This document shows positions 22,641 to 32,648 of a DNA stretch of 64,000 nt, piece after piece (positions within the stretch are counted from its first letter, which is position 1; every line of letters starts with the position of its first letter). The notes under the pieces were generated by a model that was not told the DNA's origin, ran no database searches, and saw only the letters and a list, made by a program, of their open reading frames with translations. This DNA is from an uncultured Aliarcobacter sp. (GTDB lineage: Bacteria > Campylobacterota > Campylobacteria > Campylobacterales > Arcobacteraceae), in the NCBI GenBank assembly GCA_963664305.2, contig CAXXLV010000002.1:1696001-1760000 (forward strand), given 5' to 3'. Position numbers and translations under genes: made by a program.

Positions 22641-23459
22641 TTGCAAGTTTTAAAAACAATTGAAGAATTGCAAGAAGTTAGAAAAAATTTAACTGGTAGT
22701 GTTGGTTTTGTTCCAACAATGGGAGCTTTACATAATGGACATATTTCACTTATTAAACAAGCAAGAAGTGAAAATGATATAGTAATTGTATCTATTTTTG
22801 TAAATCCAACACAATTTTTACCAGGTGAAGATTTAGATGCATATCCTCGACGTGATGAAGCTGATAAAAAGATTTGTCAAATGTGTAAAGTTGATTATGT
22901 TTTTATGCCTGAAATTTCAACTATGTACACAAAAGAAGAGGTTTTAGTAAAAGCTCCAAATAAAAGTTATATTTTAGAAGGAAAAACAAGACCTGGACAT
23001 TTTGATGGAGTGTTACAAGTTGTTTTAAAACTATTTAATTTAACACAACCAACAAATGCTTATTTTGGGAAAAAAGATGCTCAACAATTATCACTAATAC
23101 AACAAATGGTAAAAAATTTCTTTTTGCCAATAAATATTGTTCCATGTGATATTGTAAGAGAAGAAGATGGATTAGCACTTAGTTCTAGAAATGTTTATTT
23201 AGATGCAATTCAAAGAAAAGATGCCCTTTTAATTTCAAAATCACTTTATATGGCTGGTTCAATTATTTCAAAAGGTGAAAGAAGTGTTAAAGTAGTAAAA
23301 GATAAAATTTATGAAATAATGAATACTTTAGATGTTGAATATGTTGCAGTTGTAGATAGAGAATTTAATGAACTTGAAATAATTGAACCAAAAAATACAA
23401 TCATTTTAGTTGTTGCAAGATTTGGAAATACAAGATTACTTGATAATATTTGGCTTTAA
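22641..23459 (+). CDS. panC: Pantoate--beta-alanine ligase
   Basis: [34 protein letters not shown] motifs. Confidence 0.98.
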   Translation: MQVLKTIEELQEVRKNLTGSVGFVPTMGALHNGHISLIKQARSENDIVIVSIFVNPTQFLPGEDLDAYPRRDEADKKICQMCKVDYVFMPEISTMYTKEEVLVKAPNKSYILEGKTRPGHFDGVLQVVLKLFNLTQPTNAYFGKKDAQQLSLIQQMVKNFFLPINIVPCDIVREEDGLALSSRNVYLDAIQRKDALLISKSLYMAGSIISKGERSVKVVKDKIYEIMNTLDVEYVAVVDREFNELEIIEPKNTIILVVARFGNTRLLDNIWL

Positions 23460-23511
23460 CAAAAGATTATGTTAAAATCACGAAAAAAATTAAGGTAAAT
23501 AAATAATATAT

Positions 23512-24846
23512 ATGAAATTTTCAACTCAAAAACCTAAAAAAACTCTACATATGGTAAGTCTTGGCTGTACAAAAAACTTAGTTGATAGTGAAGTAATGCT
23601 TGGACGGTTAAGTGAATATGAATTAACTGATGATGCACAAAATGCTGATGTTATTATTGTTAACACATGTGGATTTATTGATAGTGCAAAACAAGAAAGT
23701 ATTAATACAATTTTAAATCTACATGATGATAGAAAAGAAGAATCTGTTTTAGTTATGGCTGGATGTTTAAGTGAAAGATATAAAGAAGAATTACAAAAAG
23801 AACTTCCAGAAATCGATGTTTTCACAGGAGTTGGTGATTATGACAAAATTGATGCACTTGTAAATGAAAAAAGAAGTAATTTTACTTCAGAAGTATTTTT
23901 AGCAAGTGATAATAATGAAAGAGTAATCACAGGTTCTTCTTATCATGCTTATGTAAAACTAAGTGAAGGATGTAATCAAGCTTGTTCATTTTGTGCAATT
24001 CCTTCATTTAAAGGGAAACTTCACTCAAGAACTTTAGAATCTCTAGTTAAAGAAGTAAAATCATTAGTAGCAAAAGGTTATGTTGATTTCTCTTTTGTAT
24101 CTCAAGATTCATCATCATTTTTAAGAGATTTAGATGAAAAAAATGGTCTTGAACTTTTAATAGATGAAGTTGAAAAAATTGAAGGTATCAAAACAGCAAG
24201 AATTTTATACCTTTATCCATCAACAACAACTTTGAGTTTAATAGACAAAATTGCTGATTCAAAAGTTTTTGTAAACTATTTTGATATGCCTTTACAACAT
24301 ATAACTCCTTCAATGTTAAAAATCATGAAAAGAGGGAAAGGTGTTGAGCAATTAAATGAATTAATGAATCATATGAAATCAAAACCAAACTCTTTTGTAA
24401 GAACAACATTTATTGCTGGGCATCCAGGAGAAACTGAAGAAGATTTTGAAACACTTTGTAACTATGTAGAAAACTTTAAATTTGATAGAGCAAATGTATT
24501 CTCATACTCTGATGAAGAAGGTACAACAGCAGCAACAAGAAATGATAAAGTTGAACAAGAACTAATTGATGAAAGAGCTGAAGTTTTAGGAGAAATTATT
24601 TCTCAAACGACACAAGAATCACTTGAAAATGAAGTTGGAAAAACTTTTGAAGTTTATATTGATGGAGAAAGTGATGAACATGAGTATCTATTAAGTGCTA
24701 GAAAAACTATTTGGGCACCAAATATTGATGGTGAAATTTATATCAATGACAATGAATTAGATGAACAAATTAAATTTGGACAAATCTATACTGTAAAAGT
24801 AACTGAACTTGTTGGTGATAAACTTTTAGCAACTGTAATCAAATAA
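23512..24846 (+). CDS. rimO: Ribosomal protein S12 methylthiotransferase
   Basis: SLGCTKNLVDSE, NTCGFI, CNQACSFC radical SAM motif, YLYP, C-terminal TRAM region. Confidence 0.97.
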   Translation: MKFSTQKPKKTLHMVSLGCTKNLVDSEVMLGRLSEYELTDDAQNADVIIVNTCGFIDSAKQESINTILNLHDDRKEESVLVMAGCLSERYKEELQKELPEIDVFTGVGDYDKIDALVNEKRSNFTSEVFLASDNNERVITGSSYHAYVKLSEGCNQACSFCAIPSFKGKLHSRTLESLVKEVKSLVAKGYVDFSFVSQDSSSFLRDLDEKNGLELLIDEVEKIEGIKTARILYLYPSTTTLSLIDKIADSKVFVNYFDMPLQHITPSMLKIMKRGKGVEQLNELMNHMKSKPNSFVRTTFIAGHPGETEEDFETLCNYVENFKFDRANVFSYSDEEGTTAATRNDKVEQELIDERAEVLGEIISQTTQESLENEVGKTFEVYIDGESDEHEYLLSARKTIWAPNIDGEIYINDNELDEQIKFGQIYTVKVTELVGDKLLATVIK

Positions 24847-24848
24847 TT

Positions 24849-25829
24849 ATGAACCTAGATTTTAGTGCTGTAAAAGAGTCAAAAAACCTTCTTGCATTTT
24901 CTGCTGGTATTGACTCTACTGCACTATTCTTTTTACTTTTAAAACAAAATATTCCCTTTGATATTGCAATTGTTAATTATAATGTAAGAGTTCAATCAAA
25001 AGATGAAGTCTCTTATACAAAAGAATTAGCTTTAAAATACAATAAAAAAATCTTTATAAAAGAAGTAAAATTAGAAGCAACTTCAAACTTTGAAAAAACT
25101 GCAAGAGAAATAAGGTACTCTTTCTTTGAAGAGATTATCACTCAAAATTCCTATGATACTTTAATCACTGCTCATCAATTAAATGATAAATTAGAGTGGT
25201 TTTTGATGCAATTTACAAAAGGTGCAGGATTAATTGAATTAATTGGATTTAATGAATTTGAAGAAAAAGAAAACTACAAAATCTATAAACCTCTACTAAA
25301 AATTACAAAAAATGAATTGGAAAACTTTTTAAAACTAGAAAATATAAAATACTTTATAGATAAATCTAATTTTGATGAAAAATATAAAAGAAACTATTTT
25401 CGACATAATTTCTCAGATAAATTATTAAATGAATTTAAAAATGGAATAAAAAACTCTTTTGAATATTTAGAAAATGATTTAAACTCTTTAAATATCAATC
25501 TAAATCCTATAAAAAAAATAAATGAATTAGAAATTTTTGAAAATCAAAATGATGATAATTTAAATATAAGAATCATTGATTTATCACTGAAAAAGAGAGG
25601 TTTTTTATTAAGCTCAGCGCAAAGGCAAGAAATCTTAAAACAAAAAGAAATAACAATTTCACATAAAATTAATATTTCAATTTCAAATAATTTTATTTGG
25701 ATTGCACCTTTTGAAAATCTTATAATGGATAAAAAATTTAAAGAGTTTTGTAGAATAAATAAGATACCCAAAAATATTAGAGCTTATATTTACTCTAATA
25801 ATTTAGATTTAAATAAACTAGTTTTTTAA
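24849..25829 (+). CDS. tilS: tRNA(Ile)-lysidine synthetase
   Basis: AFSAGIDS PP-loop, AREIRY, TAHQLND, RNYFR motifs. Confidence 0.95.
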   Translation: MNLDFSAVKESKNLLAFSAGIDSTALFFLLLKQNIPFDIAIVNYNVRVQSKDEVSYTKELALKYNKKIFIKEVKLEATSNFEKTAREIRYSFFEEIITQNSYDTLITAHQLNDKLEWFLMQFTKGAGLIELIGFNEFEEKENYKIYKPLLKITKNELENFLKLENIKYFIDKSNFDEKYKRNYFRHNFSDKLLNEFKNGIKNSFEYLENDLNSLNINLNPIKKINELEIFENQNDDNLNIRIIDLSLKKRGFLLSSAQRQEILKQKEITISHKINISISNNFIWIAPFENLIMDKKFKEFCRINKIPKNIRAYIYSNNLDLNKLVF

Positions 25830-26087
25830 GAATTTTTTCATTTTTTGTATTTTGATTAACTCTAGTCTAGTATCTTCTTTGTGTTTTTTCAGAAAATTGA
25901 TATTTTTGAAAAAAAGTTCTTCAAGTTTTTTCAAATCACTTAATTCTAAGTCAAAATCTTCTATTGAACTTTCAGTCAAATAATCTTTGTACCATCTTAC
26001 TAAAGCATCTGCTTTTTCAAATGATTCAAGTGAATCAATATAAATTAATTCACTTAATGCTTTTAAAGACCTGTCTCTTCTTTCCAT
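25818..26087 (-). CDS. Small helical protein downstream of fliS (possible FliT analogue)
   Basis: 89 aa, overlaps the fliS 3' end; occupies the fliD-fliS-fliT position. Confidence 0.6.
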   Translation of the reverse strand: MERRDRSLKALSELIYIDSLESFEKADALVRWYKDYLTESSIEDFDLELSDLKKLEELFFKNINFLKKHKEDTRLELIKIQKMKKFLKN

Positions 26088-26419
26088 GCGTCAATCAATC
26101 CTTGAGTAACTTTCATAACTTGATTAACAGCATTGATATTATCATCAATTCCTGCAGCAAAAAGAGTTTCAATTTGATATAAGTATAAACCATCTAAATA
26201 GTATGCAACTTCCCCACCATCAAAATCTAATACATTTCTTAATTCATCAAAAATTGCGATAGTCTTATTAATATAAGTAAATTTTTGTTCTACTTCACCA
26301 TCTTCCATTGCACTTTTAACAAAAGACAAATATTTAATTATTCCCTCATATAGTTTTAGAACTAAAACATAAGGATCATCTGATATTGCATTTTGTTGAT
26401 TGTATACTTCTATTCCCAT
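26063..26419 (-). CDS. fliS: Flagellar export chaperone FliS
   Basis: DPYVLVLKLYEG, LDFDGGEVAYYLDGLY, AWKE motifs. Confidence 0.95.
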   Translation of the reverse strand: MGIEVYNQQNAISDDPYVLVLKLYEGIIKYLSFVKSAMEDGEVEQKFTYINKTIAIFDELRNVLDFDGGEVAYYLDGLYLYQIETLFAAGIDDNINAVNQVMKVTQGLIDAWKEETGL

Positions 26420-26459
26420 AAATTTAACTCCAAAATCGTTATTTTTAATAAGACAGTAT

Positions 26460-26495
26460 ATAACATATTTACTAAAATTGAAGTAAATATGTTAT
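26460..26495. repeat. Perfect 14-bp inverted repeat between fliD and fliS
   Basis: ATAACATATTTACT-N8-AGTAAATATGTTAT. Confidence 0.75.
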
Positions 26496-26517
26496 TTTTT
26501 AATTCTTTTAAATAGAA

Positions 26518-27864
26518 TTAATTACCACTTGTAGATTGTTGAATTAACATTTTTAAACCAGAGAAAGCTGTATCCATTTGTGTAATTATTGAGCTATATG
26601 TACTAAATTGTAAAGCTAACTGCTCATATTTTGCATCTAATGCTGCTTGAGCTTTATCTTTATCTTTATTTAATGCTGTTTCTCTATCCGTCATAGAAGT
26701 TTCATATAACTTCAAAGTTCCATCTGTAAAATTTAAATTATCAATAGTTTCTTTTAATGTTGTTCCTAAACCTTTTTTTTCTGCAGAACCTAAAAATAAA
26801 TCTTTTAAACCTGCCATATCATTTTGCACTGCTTCATTAAATTTTTTACTATCTAATGATAATAATCCATATTCATCTAACCCTAAACCATAATTAAATC
26901 CAGATTTATCATTATTTGCTCCATATGTTCCAAATAATTTTGATTTTATTTGATTTAAAGTATCTTTTAAAGCTCCTTTATCAGCTATTTTTGAATCTGG
27001 ATTATATACTTCACCATCAATTGTTGCAAGTAAATCATTATAAGCTGTAATAAAACTATTCATCTGTGTTTCTAGTTGAGTTATATCTTCAACAACATTT
27101 ATCGAAGAAGTCCCTTCTTTATTTGCTGTAATTTTTAATCCATCTACTGTAATACTATTTGAAGCAACATCATAAGCAACACCATCTACTGTTGCATTTA
27201 AATTTTTTGCTTCTAAAATATGATTCGTTGCATTAACTGCTGTTCCATCTGTTGTATATCCTAAAGCTTGACTCGCCGCTCCACTTATAGTTAAAGCATT
27301 ATCAAGTCCAGTATCTTCACTTTTAATTACTAATCTATACGAATCTGTTCCAACTTGTTCAACTGCTGCATTCATTCCAGATTTTGCAGTTATATCTGTT
27401 GCTAATTGTTCATACGTTTTATTTGTAGTATCAAAATCTATACCATTAATTGTCAATATACCTTGATTGATAGCCGTATCTTTTGTTGCTGCATTAACGC
27501 TTTCTGATTGATAAACATCTTTTTGAGCTAATTGAGTAACAGTTATACTTGTAAAACCTTTATTTAAAACTTTTACATCCGCTGCATCAAAAGTAGCTGA
27601 ATCACCTGATGTTGTAGCTGATTTTTGATCAAAGGCACTAACTCCACCAGAGACAAATAAATCAAAAGGTTTTATTGCATCTAGTAATGCACTTATTTTT
27701 GATTGTGTTGTTGAGAATACTTCTCTTTCAGCTGCTAAATTTGTTATTTTTGTTTCATATGGCTCAACAGTAGCTTTTCTTTCAGCTGTTTTTAGTTTTT
27801 CAATTAAATCACTATTTAAAGAAGCTGCTTGACCTGAACCTAATCCTAATATACCTTCAGCCAT
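26518..27864 (-). CDS. fliD: Flagellar filament cap protein
   Basis: ILGLGSG..LIEKLK, VTQLAQKD, FITAYN, C-terminal LALQFSTY. Confidence 0.93.
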   Translation of the reverse strand: MAEGILGLGSGQAASLNSDLIEKLKTAERKATVEPYETKITNLAAEREVFSTTQSKISALLDAIKPFDLFVSGGVSAFDQKSATTSGDSATFDAADVKVLNKGFTSITVTQLAQKDVYQSESVNAATKDTAINQGILTINGIDFDTTNKTYEQLATDITAKSGMNAAVEQVGTDSYRLVIKSEDTGLDNALTISGAASQALGYTTDGTAVNATNHILEAKNLNATVDGVAYDVASNSITVDGLKITANKEGTSSINVVEDITQLETQMNSFITAYNDLLATIDGEVYNPDSKIADKGALKDTLNQIKSKLFGTYGANNDKSGFNYGLGLDEYGLLSLDSKKFNEAVQNDMAGLKDLFLGSAEKKGLGTTLKETIDNLNFTDGTLKLYETSMTDRETALNKDKDKAQAALDAKYEQLALQFSTYSSIITQMDTAFSGLKMLIQQSTSGN

Positions 27865-27882
27865 GATTTATCCTTTAATATT

Positions 27883-29772
27883 TTATCTTTTCATTCCCAA
27901 TAATGTTTGTATCATTTCATCTATTGCTGTAACTATTTTTGCATTTGCTGTATATGCAGCTTGAAACTTCATTAAATCAAGCATTTCATCATCTTTATCT
28001 ACTTTTACAATATTGTCATAAGAACTCTTAACAGATTGCGTAATATTGTCTTGAGTTTCTAATAAAAAATTAGAATTTTCTTTATCTGCTGAAACACCTA
28101 CTCTTAACTCTCTATAAAATTCAAGTAATGAAGTATCATTGCTTGAAGTAGTTCCTTGTCCTTTACCTTCAAATGATAAATCCGTTTTCCATTGAATTGT
28201 AGCTAAATAATCTAATTCAAGTTGTTTTAAATCATTTACTGCATTTTTATTAAACTTCAATGTCATAACACTAGATCCACTAAACAAACCTAATGAATTT
28301 ATAACACCTAAAGATTCATCAGTAGCCGCTTCACCATAAACATAAGTATCCGTTCCAGTTTTAATATACTTATCTGTAATATCCGCTAATGTTTGTGCAA
28401 ATGCATCTAATCTATCAAAATATGTTTGAAATTTATTATTTTCAGATGTTGAAGACAAGTTATCAACTTGAGCTTTTACTATTCCTGATTTTAAATTTAC
28501 TTCTCTATCATATATTCCTATAGCAACATCACTAATTGCTTCTTTACTTTCATCTTCATTTTTATATACAGCTTCTCTACTATCAACGATTGTAGGATCT
28601 ATATTATCTCTTTTTTCAATACTTACTCTTGCATCAAATGTATTTTCAATTCCAGGGAACTTTGACTCAACTCTTAAAAAATTATCTTTAGCATCATTTG
28701 TAACTTTATTTCCATTTGGGTCAATTGAATAATCTCCATTATATGCAACAATCAAACCATTAAAATCAGGATTACTATTGATTTTATGAACTAAAGCCCT
28801 CGTAAGATTTGTATCATCAACTACTTCAGTAGTTGATGTTCCATCTCCATTCCAATCCATCGTAATTGATTCGCCTATAGTAACAGAAACTTCAAATTCA
28901 TTATTTAATTTATAAGTTACAATATCATTTAAATCAAGATTTTTAGGAGTAAAATCTTCATTATATTTTAGTGAATCATAAGTTGTAAATGTTTTTGTTG
29001 CACTATCGTAGCTAATGTGATTAAATTTATCTATCTGAGGAGTATCATCATTCATTACATTAACTGTTCTTACTATTGTATTATTACTAATTGCAACAGC
29101 ATCACCAATTTTTAATTCATAAAACTCTTCATCTCTATTAACATTTATATCTACATACTTTGATAACTCTAATTCTAATTGGTCTCTTTTATCATATAAA
29201 TCATTTGTTGCAACTGCATATTTAACAATTTTATCATTGACATCACCAATTTCTTTTAAAAGTGAATTTATCTTATCAACATTAGCACTTAATTCAGTTT
29301 TTTCTGCTTCTTGCTGTTTTTTAATTGTTGAATACATATTTTGTAATGTTTCAACTAAAATTCCACCCGTATTTTTTAATTCACTTTTATAAATTTCTGA
29401 ATTTGGATTTGTTCTTAAATTTTCGACAGATTGAAAATATCTATTTAAATCAACTGAAAAACCACTATCATCAGTTTCTTTAAAAATTGACTCAACATTC
29501 CCTAACATACCAGATAGTTTGTCATAATAATTTGATTTACTATTTTCGCTAATAACTTTGTCATACATATATTGTGATGTTACTCTATAAATACCATCAA
29601 CACCTACACCACGACCTGCAAACAGTGAATCCATTTGCCCAAGTTCACTAACACCAACTACTCTTTTTTTATAGCCAGGAGTATTTTCATTAGCTATGTT
29701 GTTAGATACATTTTCCACTGCTGTCTTTGCAGCACTAAGTCCAGTATACGATACATTTAATGTACTCAACAT
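27883..29772 (-). CDS. flgK: Flagellar hook-associated protein 1
   Basis: NNIANENTPGYK N-terminus; VDKDDEMLDLMKFQAAYTANAK C-terminus. Confidence 0.95.
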   Translation of the reverse strand: MLSTLNVSYTGLSAAKTAVENVSNNIANENTPGYKKRVVGVSELGQMDSLFAGRGVGVDGIYRVTSQYMYDKVISENSKSNYYDKLSGMLGNVESIFKETDDSGFSVDLNRYFQSVENLRTNPNSEIYKSELKNTGGILVETLQNMYSTIKKQQEAEKTELSANVDKINSLLKEIGDVNDKIVKYAVATNDLYDKRDQLELELSKYVDINVNRDEEFYELKIGDAVAISNNTIVRTVNVMNDDTPQIDKFNHISYDSATKTFTTYDSLKYNEDFTPKNLDLNDIVTYKLNNEFEVSVTIGESITMDWNGDGTSTTEVVDDTNLTRALVHKINSNPDFNGLIVAYNGDYSIDPNGNKVTNDAKDNFLRVESKFPGIENTFDARVSIEKRDNIDPTIVDSREAVYKNEDESKEAISDVAIGIYDREVNLKSGIVKAQVDNLSSTSENNKFQTYFDRLDAFAQTLADITDKYIKTGTDTYVYGEAATDESLGVINSLGLFSGSSVMTLKFNKNAVNDLKQLELDYLATIQWKTDLSFEGKGQGTTSSNDTSLLEFYRELRVGVSADKENSNFLLETQDNITQSVKSSYDNIVKVDKDDEMLDLMKFQAAYTANAKIVTAIDEMIQTLLGMKR

Positions 29773-29827
29773 AGCGACTCCTTTGTATAATTTATAAAAT
29801 TATTGCATTACATTTCTTAAAATTAGA

Positions 29828-30535
29828 TTAAAATGGCCAGATTGCCCTCATTAACCTTAAACCCCACGGTGTTTCCAATATTTCTGACTCTGTTCCATCT
29901 TTTTCATATAAAAGTTTTAAATTTGCAATTTGTGAAGAGTTTATTGAATTATCAGAAGTTATATCATATGGTCTTATTACTCCACTAATAATAATATTTT
30001 GCTTTTGACCTTCAATTAACATCTCTTTCTTACCTTTAATGTAGTAATTTCCATTTTGATAAGTTTCTTCAATTATTGCAGATATTGTTGTTTCAAAAGT
30101 TTCATCAACTTGAGTTTTAACAGAACCTTTATCAGAAGATGAACTATTAGTTCCAAAATCAACACCAAGATTTCTATTTAATTTATTTGCTATTCCACCT
30201 GCAGTTGCTCCTAAAGTATTTGTACCAGTTGCAGCTAATACTCCACCACCTAAACTATTATCTCTTGTACTTGATAATTCTCTTTTATTATTACTTTTTG
30301 ACGTTAAATCTTCACTAATTACAATTTGAATAATATCTCCAACTTGTAAATCTTTTTTATCAGCAAATAAAGATGTTCCTTGCATTGAATATAAAGAACC
30401 TTTGTTCTTTTTTGCTTCAGGAGCTTTTTTTGGAATTTGTATTTCTGGTTTTTCAAACTCTAATTCAGGGTCAGATGTACTACATCCAGAAAAAAGAGCA
30501 ACAATAATAATTATAAAAATACTATTTTTTTTCAT
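29828..30535 (-). CDS. flgH: Flagellar L-ring protein
   Basis: Lipobox FSGC, LFADKK..VGDI, SGVIRPYDI motifs. Confidence 0.95.
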   Translation of the reverse strand: MKKNSIFIIIIVALFSGCSTSDPELEFEKPEIQIPKKAPEAKKNKGSLYSMQGTSLFADKKDLQVGDIIQIVISEDLTSKSNNKRELSSTRDNSLGGGVLAATGTNTLGATAGGIANKLNRNLGVDFGTNSSSSDKGSVKTQVDETFETTISAIIEETYQNGNYYIKGKKEMLIEGQKQNIIISGVIRPYDITSDNSINSSQIANLKLLYEKDGTESEILETPWGLRLMRAIWPF

Positions 30536-30953
30536 TTAGCTTACTTTTTAAAATGAAATTTACATCAACAGCAATCACAATTTCATTTAATGTTCTTTTT
30601 ATCAAAGCCATAACCCCATACCTAACTACTAATGCATCCAAGTTAGTATCTGGTTCACAAACTATTACAATTTTATTTTCTATTAATTTAACATGTTTTA
30701 TATGTTCTTGCCCAACTAAATCAACAGCTTTTTCTACTTCTGAAAGAATAGCTCTTTCAACATCTTTTTTTGCTTTTTCTTTTTTCTCTTCTTCTATTTT
30801 TAAAGCTTGTTTTTCTGCTAACTCTTTTTTCTGTTTTTCTTCAAATGTTTTATTCATGTGGTAATAATAGCCACCAAACATTGCTATTAATACCACCAAT
30901 GATATTAATTTAATAACTTTAGATTTTCTATTTCTTTTTACAGCTACTATCAT
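30522..30953 (-). CDS. Hypothetical single-pass membrane protein in flagellar operon
   Basis: One TM helix plus coiled coil; overlaps fliL and flgH. Confidence 0.75.
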   Translation of the reverse strand: MIVAVKRNRKSKVIKLISLVVLIAMFGGYYYHMNKTFEEKQKKELAEKQALKIEEEKKEKAKKDVERAILSEVEKAVDLVGQEHIKHVKLIENKIVIVCEPDTNLDALVVRYGVMALIKRTLNEIVIAVDVNFILKSKLNEKK

Positions 30954-31480
30954 TATTTAATTACAAATGTTGTAAATAGTATAGTTTGTACACTATTTCT
31001 TGCGATTTTACTATCAGATGAAGTAACATTATTAATAACGTTATTTATATCTTGAATCAACTCATCTTTTAATAAATTTTTACCACCAACAGTTAATAAT
31101 TCTTCTGAACTTCTTGCACTTATTTGAGAAATTACTACATCAATAATTTCAGCTTTATATTGTTCAACAACAGCTGCAATTGTTGGCTCTGTACTTTTAA
31201 TTGAAAAAGATAATTTCATTAATTTCTCTTTTCCCCTTGAATCAGTTAAATTAAGTACTAAATCATTAATATCAGCTTTATAAGAATCACCTTTATCAGA
31301 TGCTTCAGGTTTAACTTCTTCTTGTGTTGCTTGATTATTACCATTTAAAACACCTTGTGAATATAAGAAATATCCTCCACCCACAACAGCTAATAATAAA
31401 ACTACAACTAGAGCAATTAATACAATAATTAAACCTTTTCCTCCACCAGAACTTTTAACTTCTTGATTCTCTTCTGCCAT
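30953..31480 (-). CDS. fliL: Flagellar basal body-associated FliL (start MAEE at 31480)
   Basis: TM helix, LVLNL, EELLTVGGKNLLKDEL, ILFTTFVIK motifs. Confidence 0.92.
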   Translation of the reverse strand: MAEENQEVKSSGGGKGLIIVLIALVVVLLLAVVGGGYFLYSQGVLNGNNQATQEEVKPEASDKGDSYKADINDLVLNLTDSRGKEKLMKLSFSIKSTEPTIAAVVEQYKAEIIDVVISQISARSSEELLTVGGKNLLKDELIQDINNVINNVTSSDSKIARNSVQTILFTTFVIK

Positions 31481-31481
31481 A

Positions 31482-31976
31482 CTAATCCTTTTTTTCACTT
31501 TCTACATTATAATTTTCAAGTTTTTGAGTAATTATAGATGCATTTGTAACACTTAAAAATTTCAATATTTGCGTTACATTACTTTCTTTTAATTTTAAAA
31601 GTATATCAAAAACATCATCAATTTTGCCTTCATTTATCATCTGATCAAAAATATCAGCTGCATTTTTTGGCTTCATCGCATTATAAATTTTAGAAGTTTT
31701 ACTTTCAACTTCAGCTTTAATATCTTGCAAAATTTGAAGATTATCATCATGTAATTTTTTTATTTGATTTTTCTCTTTTTCAATTTGAGCAAGAATATTT
31801 TCTAACTCTTTTTTTCTATCTTGATACTCTTTTTCTTTTTCATTATAAAAATTATTTAATTCTTTTTTTAATTCCATAACTTCAATTTTTTGTCTTGTTA
31901 AAGAACTACTAGTTTCTTCTGCATTTAAAAAAACTCCTAATAAAAGTAATATTATAATTTTTTTCATTAAATTCAA
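31482..31976 (-). CDS. MotE/FlbB/YlxF-like flagellar protein
   Basis: Signal-like N-terminus, coiled coil, IYNAMKPKNAADIF motif; follows fliJ. Confidence 0.7.
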   Translation of the reverse strand: MNLMKKIIILLLLGVFLNAEETSSSLTRQKIEVMELKKELNNFYNEKEKEYQDRKKELENILAQIEKEKNQIKKLHDDNLQILQDIKAEVESKTSKIYNAMKPKNAADIFDQMINEGKIDDVFDILLKLKESNVTQILKFLSVTNASIITQKLENYNVESEKKD

Positions 31977-31979
31977 TTT

Positions 31980-32396
31980 TTATCCTTTTATATATTTACT
32001 TTGCATATATTCATTTGCAGCTTCTTCTTCTGCAAGTAATACCTTTTTAAACGCTTCTTTTTTTTCTTCATCAAGAATATATTTAAATTGTTCAGCTTCT
32101 TTTTGAAGTTCTAATATCTCTTTTACTAAAATTTGAACTTGTTTAATTAGAATTTCTTCTTCTTTTCTTAATTTTTGTATGTGCATCTTCATCGTATTTT
32201 TATGTATAGTTAATATCATAAAATCTGAAATTGCACCATGTTTTTCAACACTAGCAGTATCTATTTTATTTTGAGTAAATGCAATTTCTAAATTAATTTG
32301 CTCAATTTTAGATTCTAACTGTGCTTTTTGTACTAATTTTTGATCTGTTTGATTTTTTTTTAGATTATATAGTTTTTGAATCAATTTAATTTCCAA
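31980..32396 (-). CDS. fliJ: Flagellar export protein FliJ-like
   Basis: About 140-aa coiled coil with EAEQFKYI motif; between fliQ and the motE-like gene. Confidence 0.6.
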   Translation of the reverse strand: MEIKLIQKLYNLKKNQTDQKLVQKAQLESKIEQINLEIAFTQNKIDTASVEKHGAISDFMILTIHKNTMKMHIQKLRKEEEILIKQVQILVKEILELQKEAEQFKYILDEEKKEAFKKVLLAEEEAANEYMQSKYIKG

Positions 32397-32646
32397 ATAC
32401 TAATATCAAATTCCATAAATCTTTTGTATATGTTTCAATATGATCTCCAATCCAAGGAAGAGATATCAAAATAAAAGCTGAAACAAATATCATTTTTGGA
32501 ACAAATGTTAAAGAAGCATCACTTACTTGTGTAACAGCTTGAAAAATAGAAATTATAAGTCCAATTATCATACTTACAATTAATGAAGGCAATCCTAAAA
32601 TTAGAATTATTTTTACTGTATTTTCAGAAATTGCTATTAAATCCAT
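32386..32646 (-). CDS. fliQ: Flagellar export gate protein FliQ
   Basis: IGLIISIFQAVTQVSDASLTFVPK motif. Confidence 0.96.
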   Translation of the reverse strand: MDLIAISENTVKIILILGLPSLIVSMIIGLIISIFQAVTQVSDASLTFVPKMIFVSAFILISLPWIGDHIETYTKDLWNLILVFGN

Positions 32647-32648
32647 AC

